This document shows positions 56,642 to 56,987 of a stretch of DNA of 56,987 bases, piece after piece (position 1 is the stretch's first letter; the number at the start of each line of letters is the position of its first letter). Origin of the DNA: an uncultured virus (IMG/VR IMGVR_UViG_3300029305_009261) (lineage: Duplodnaviria; Heunggongvirae; Uroviricota; Caudoviricetes). The translations under genes and the position numbers were made by a program. The DNA is taken from the IMG/VR virus record IMGVR_UViG_3300029305_009261; one strand, given 5' to 3'. The notes under the pieces were generated by a model. The model did not search any database. It was given only the letters and a program-made list of their open reading frames with translations, and had not been told where the DNA came from.

Positions 56642-56716
56642 AATGGGTTACGAATGGGTTATTTTAAATAATTAACCCAATAAAAAATCAAGGGCTTTAT
56701 CCCTAAAACCCTTGAC
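56642..56716. repeat. putative attachment-site arm repeats and inverted repeat just 3' of rpmF
   Basis: AATGGGTTA x2 direct (56642, 56653), inverted TAACCCA, and TCAAGGG/CCCTTGA hairpin. Confidence 0.55.
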
Positions 56717-56736
56717 TTTACTGACTTTGCTGTTAA

Positions 56737-56919
56737 TTACTCAGCTGCAATAACTTCCTTCTTGTTGTAAGAACCGCAAGCCTTACATACTCTGTGTGGC
56801 ATCATTAATTCGCCGCACTTGCTGCACTTTACAAGGTTTGGAGCAGTCATTTTCCAGTTAGCTCTACGACTGTCTCTTCTTGCCTTGGAAGTCTTATTCT
56901 TCGGACAAATAGCTCCCAT
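56737..56919 (-). CDS. rpmF: 50S ribosomal protein L32
   Basis: PK.KTSKARRD.RRA...CxxCG....PHRVCxxCG.Y. Confidence 0.97.
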   Translation of the reverse strand: MGAICPKNKTSKARRDSRRANWKMTAPNLVKCSKCGELMMPHRVCKACGSYNKKEVIAAE

Positions 56920-56921
56920 GA

Positions 56922-56987
56922 TTACACCTCCTTAACGTTGTTAAAAATATCTCGGATAACAGACATTCTTGGATCTGGCTCTGTACG
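56922..56987 (-). CDS. 3' end of YceD/DUF177 protein (partial)
   Basis: ...EPDPRMSVIRDIFNNVKEV* directly upstream of rpmF, the usual synteny. Confidence 0.75.
   Translation of the reverse strand, partial: RTEPDPRMSVIRDIFNNVKEV

Noticed and set aside
56737..56919. Element-encoded ribosomal protein
   Set aside because: Sits in the normal chromosomal yceD-rpmF context beyond the putative att site.

Overview
AT-rich Firmicutes (Lachnospiraceae-like) sequence. The last ~250 bp are host chromosome (DUF177/YceD 3' end and rpmF). Everything to the left is one end of a very large integrated element, either a giant ICE or a jumbo-prophage-like element; no capsid, tail or integrase gene is visible in the window. 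Almost all genes are on the minus strand, in blocks that each start at one of 8 copies of an element-specific 30-bp motif (CCG-N4-CTTAAACCA-N6-AGCTAATA). From 45.3 to 56.3 kb is an array of 39 tRNA/tRNA-like genes covering all 20 amino acids. Main candidate for an undescribed system: most tRNA sub-clusters are preceded by a tiny RBS-bearing ORF enriched in the codons those tRNAs read (e.g. MDSDYYYYYY before Tyr/Tyr/Asp, MKRIRI with AUA codons before Ile-UAU, MKRKRK before Lys, MTKRWRW before Trp/Arg, MLRLLRL before Leu, an S/Q/C/R-rich leader plus terminator before Ser/Gln/Cys/Arg). This suggests codon-sensing feedback control of replacement tRNAs. The same region holds anticodon-stem-loop mimic RNAs, two tRNAs with giant insertions, and a sigmaA-driven RNA whose loop is complementary to four hairpin loops in the array. 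The left ~21 kb encodes NAD/ADP-ribose and translation-rescue enzymes plus many small proteins sharing a hydrophobic-x-Arg C-terminal tail (possible T4SS export signal). All calls come from reading motifs by eye; no database searches were run.
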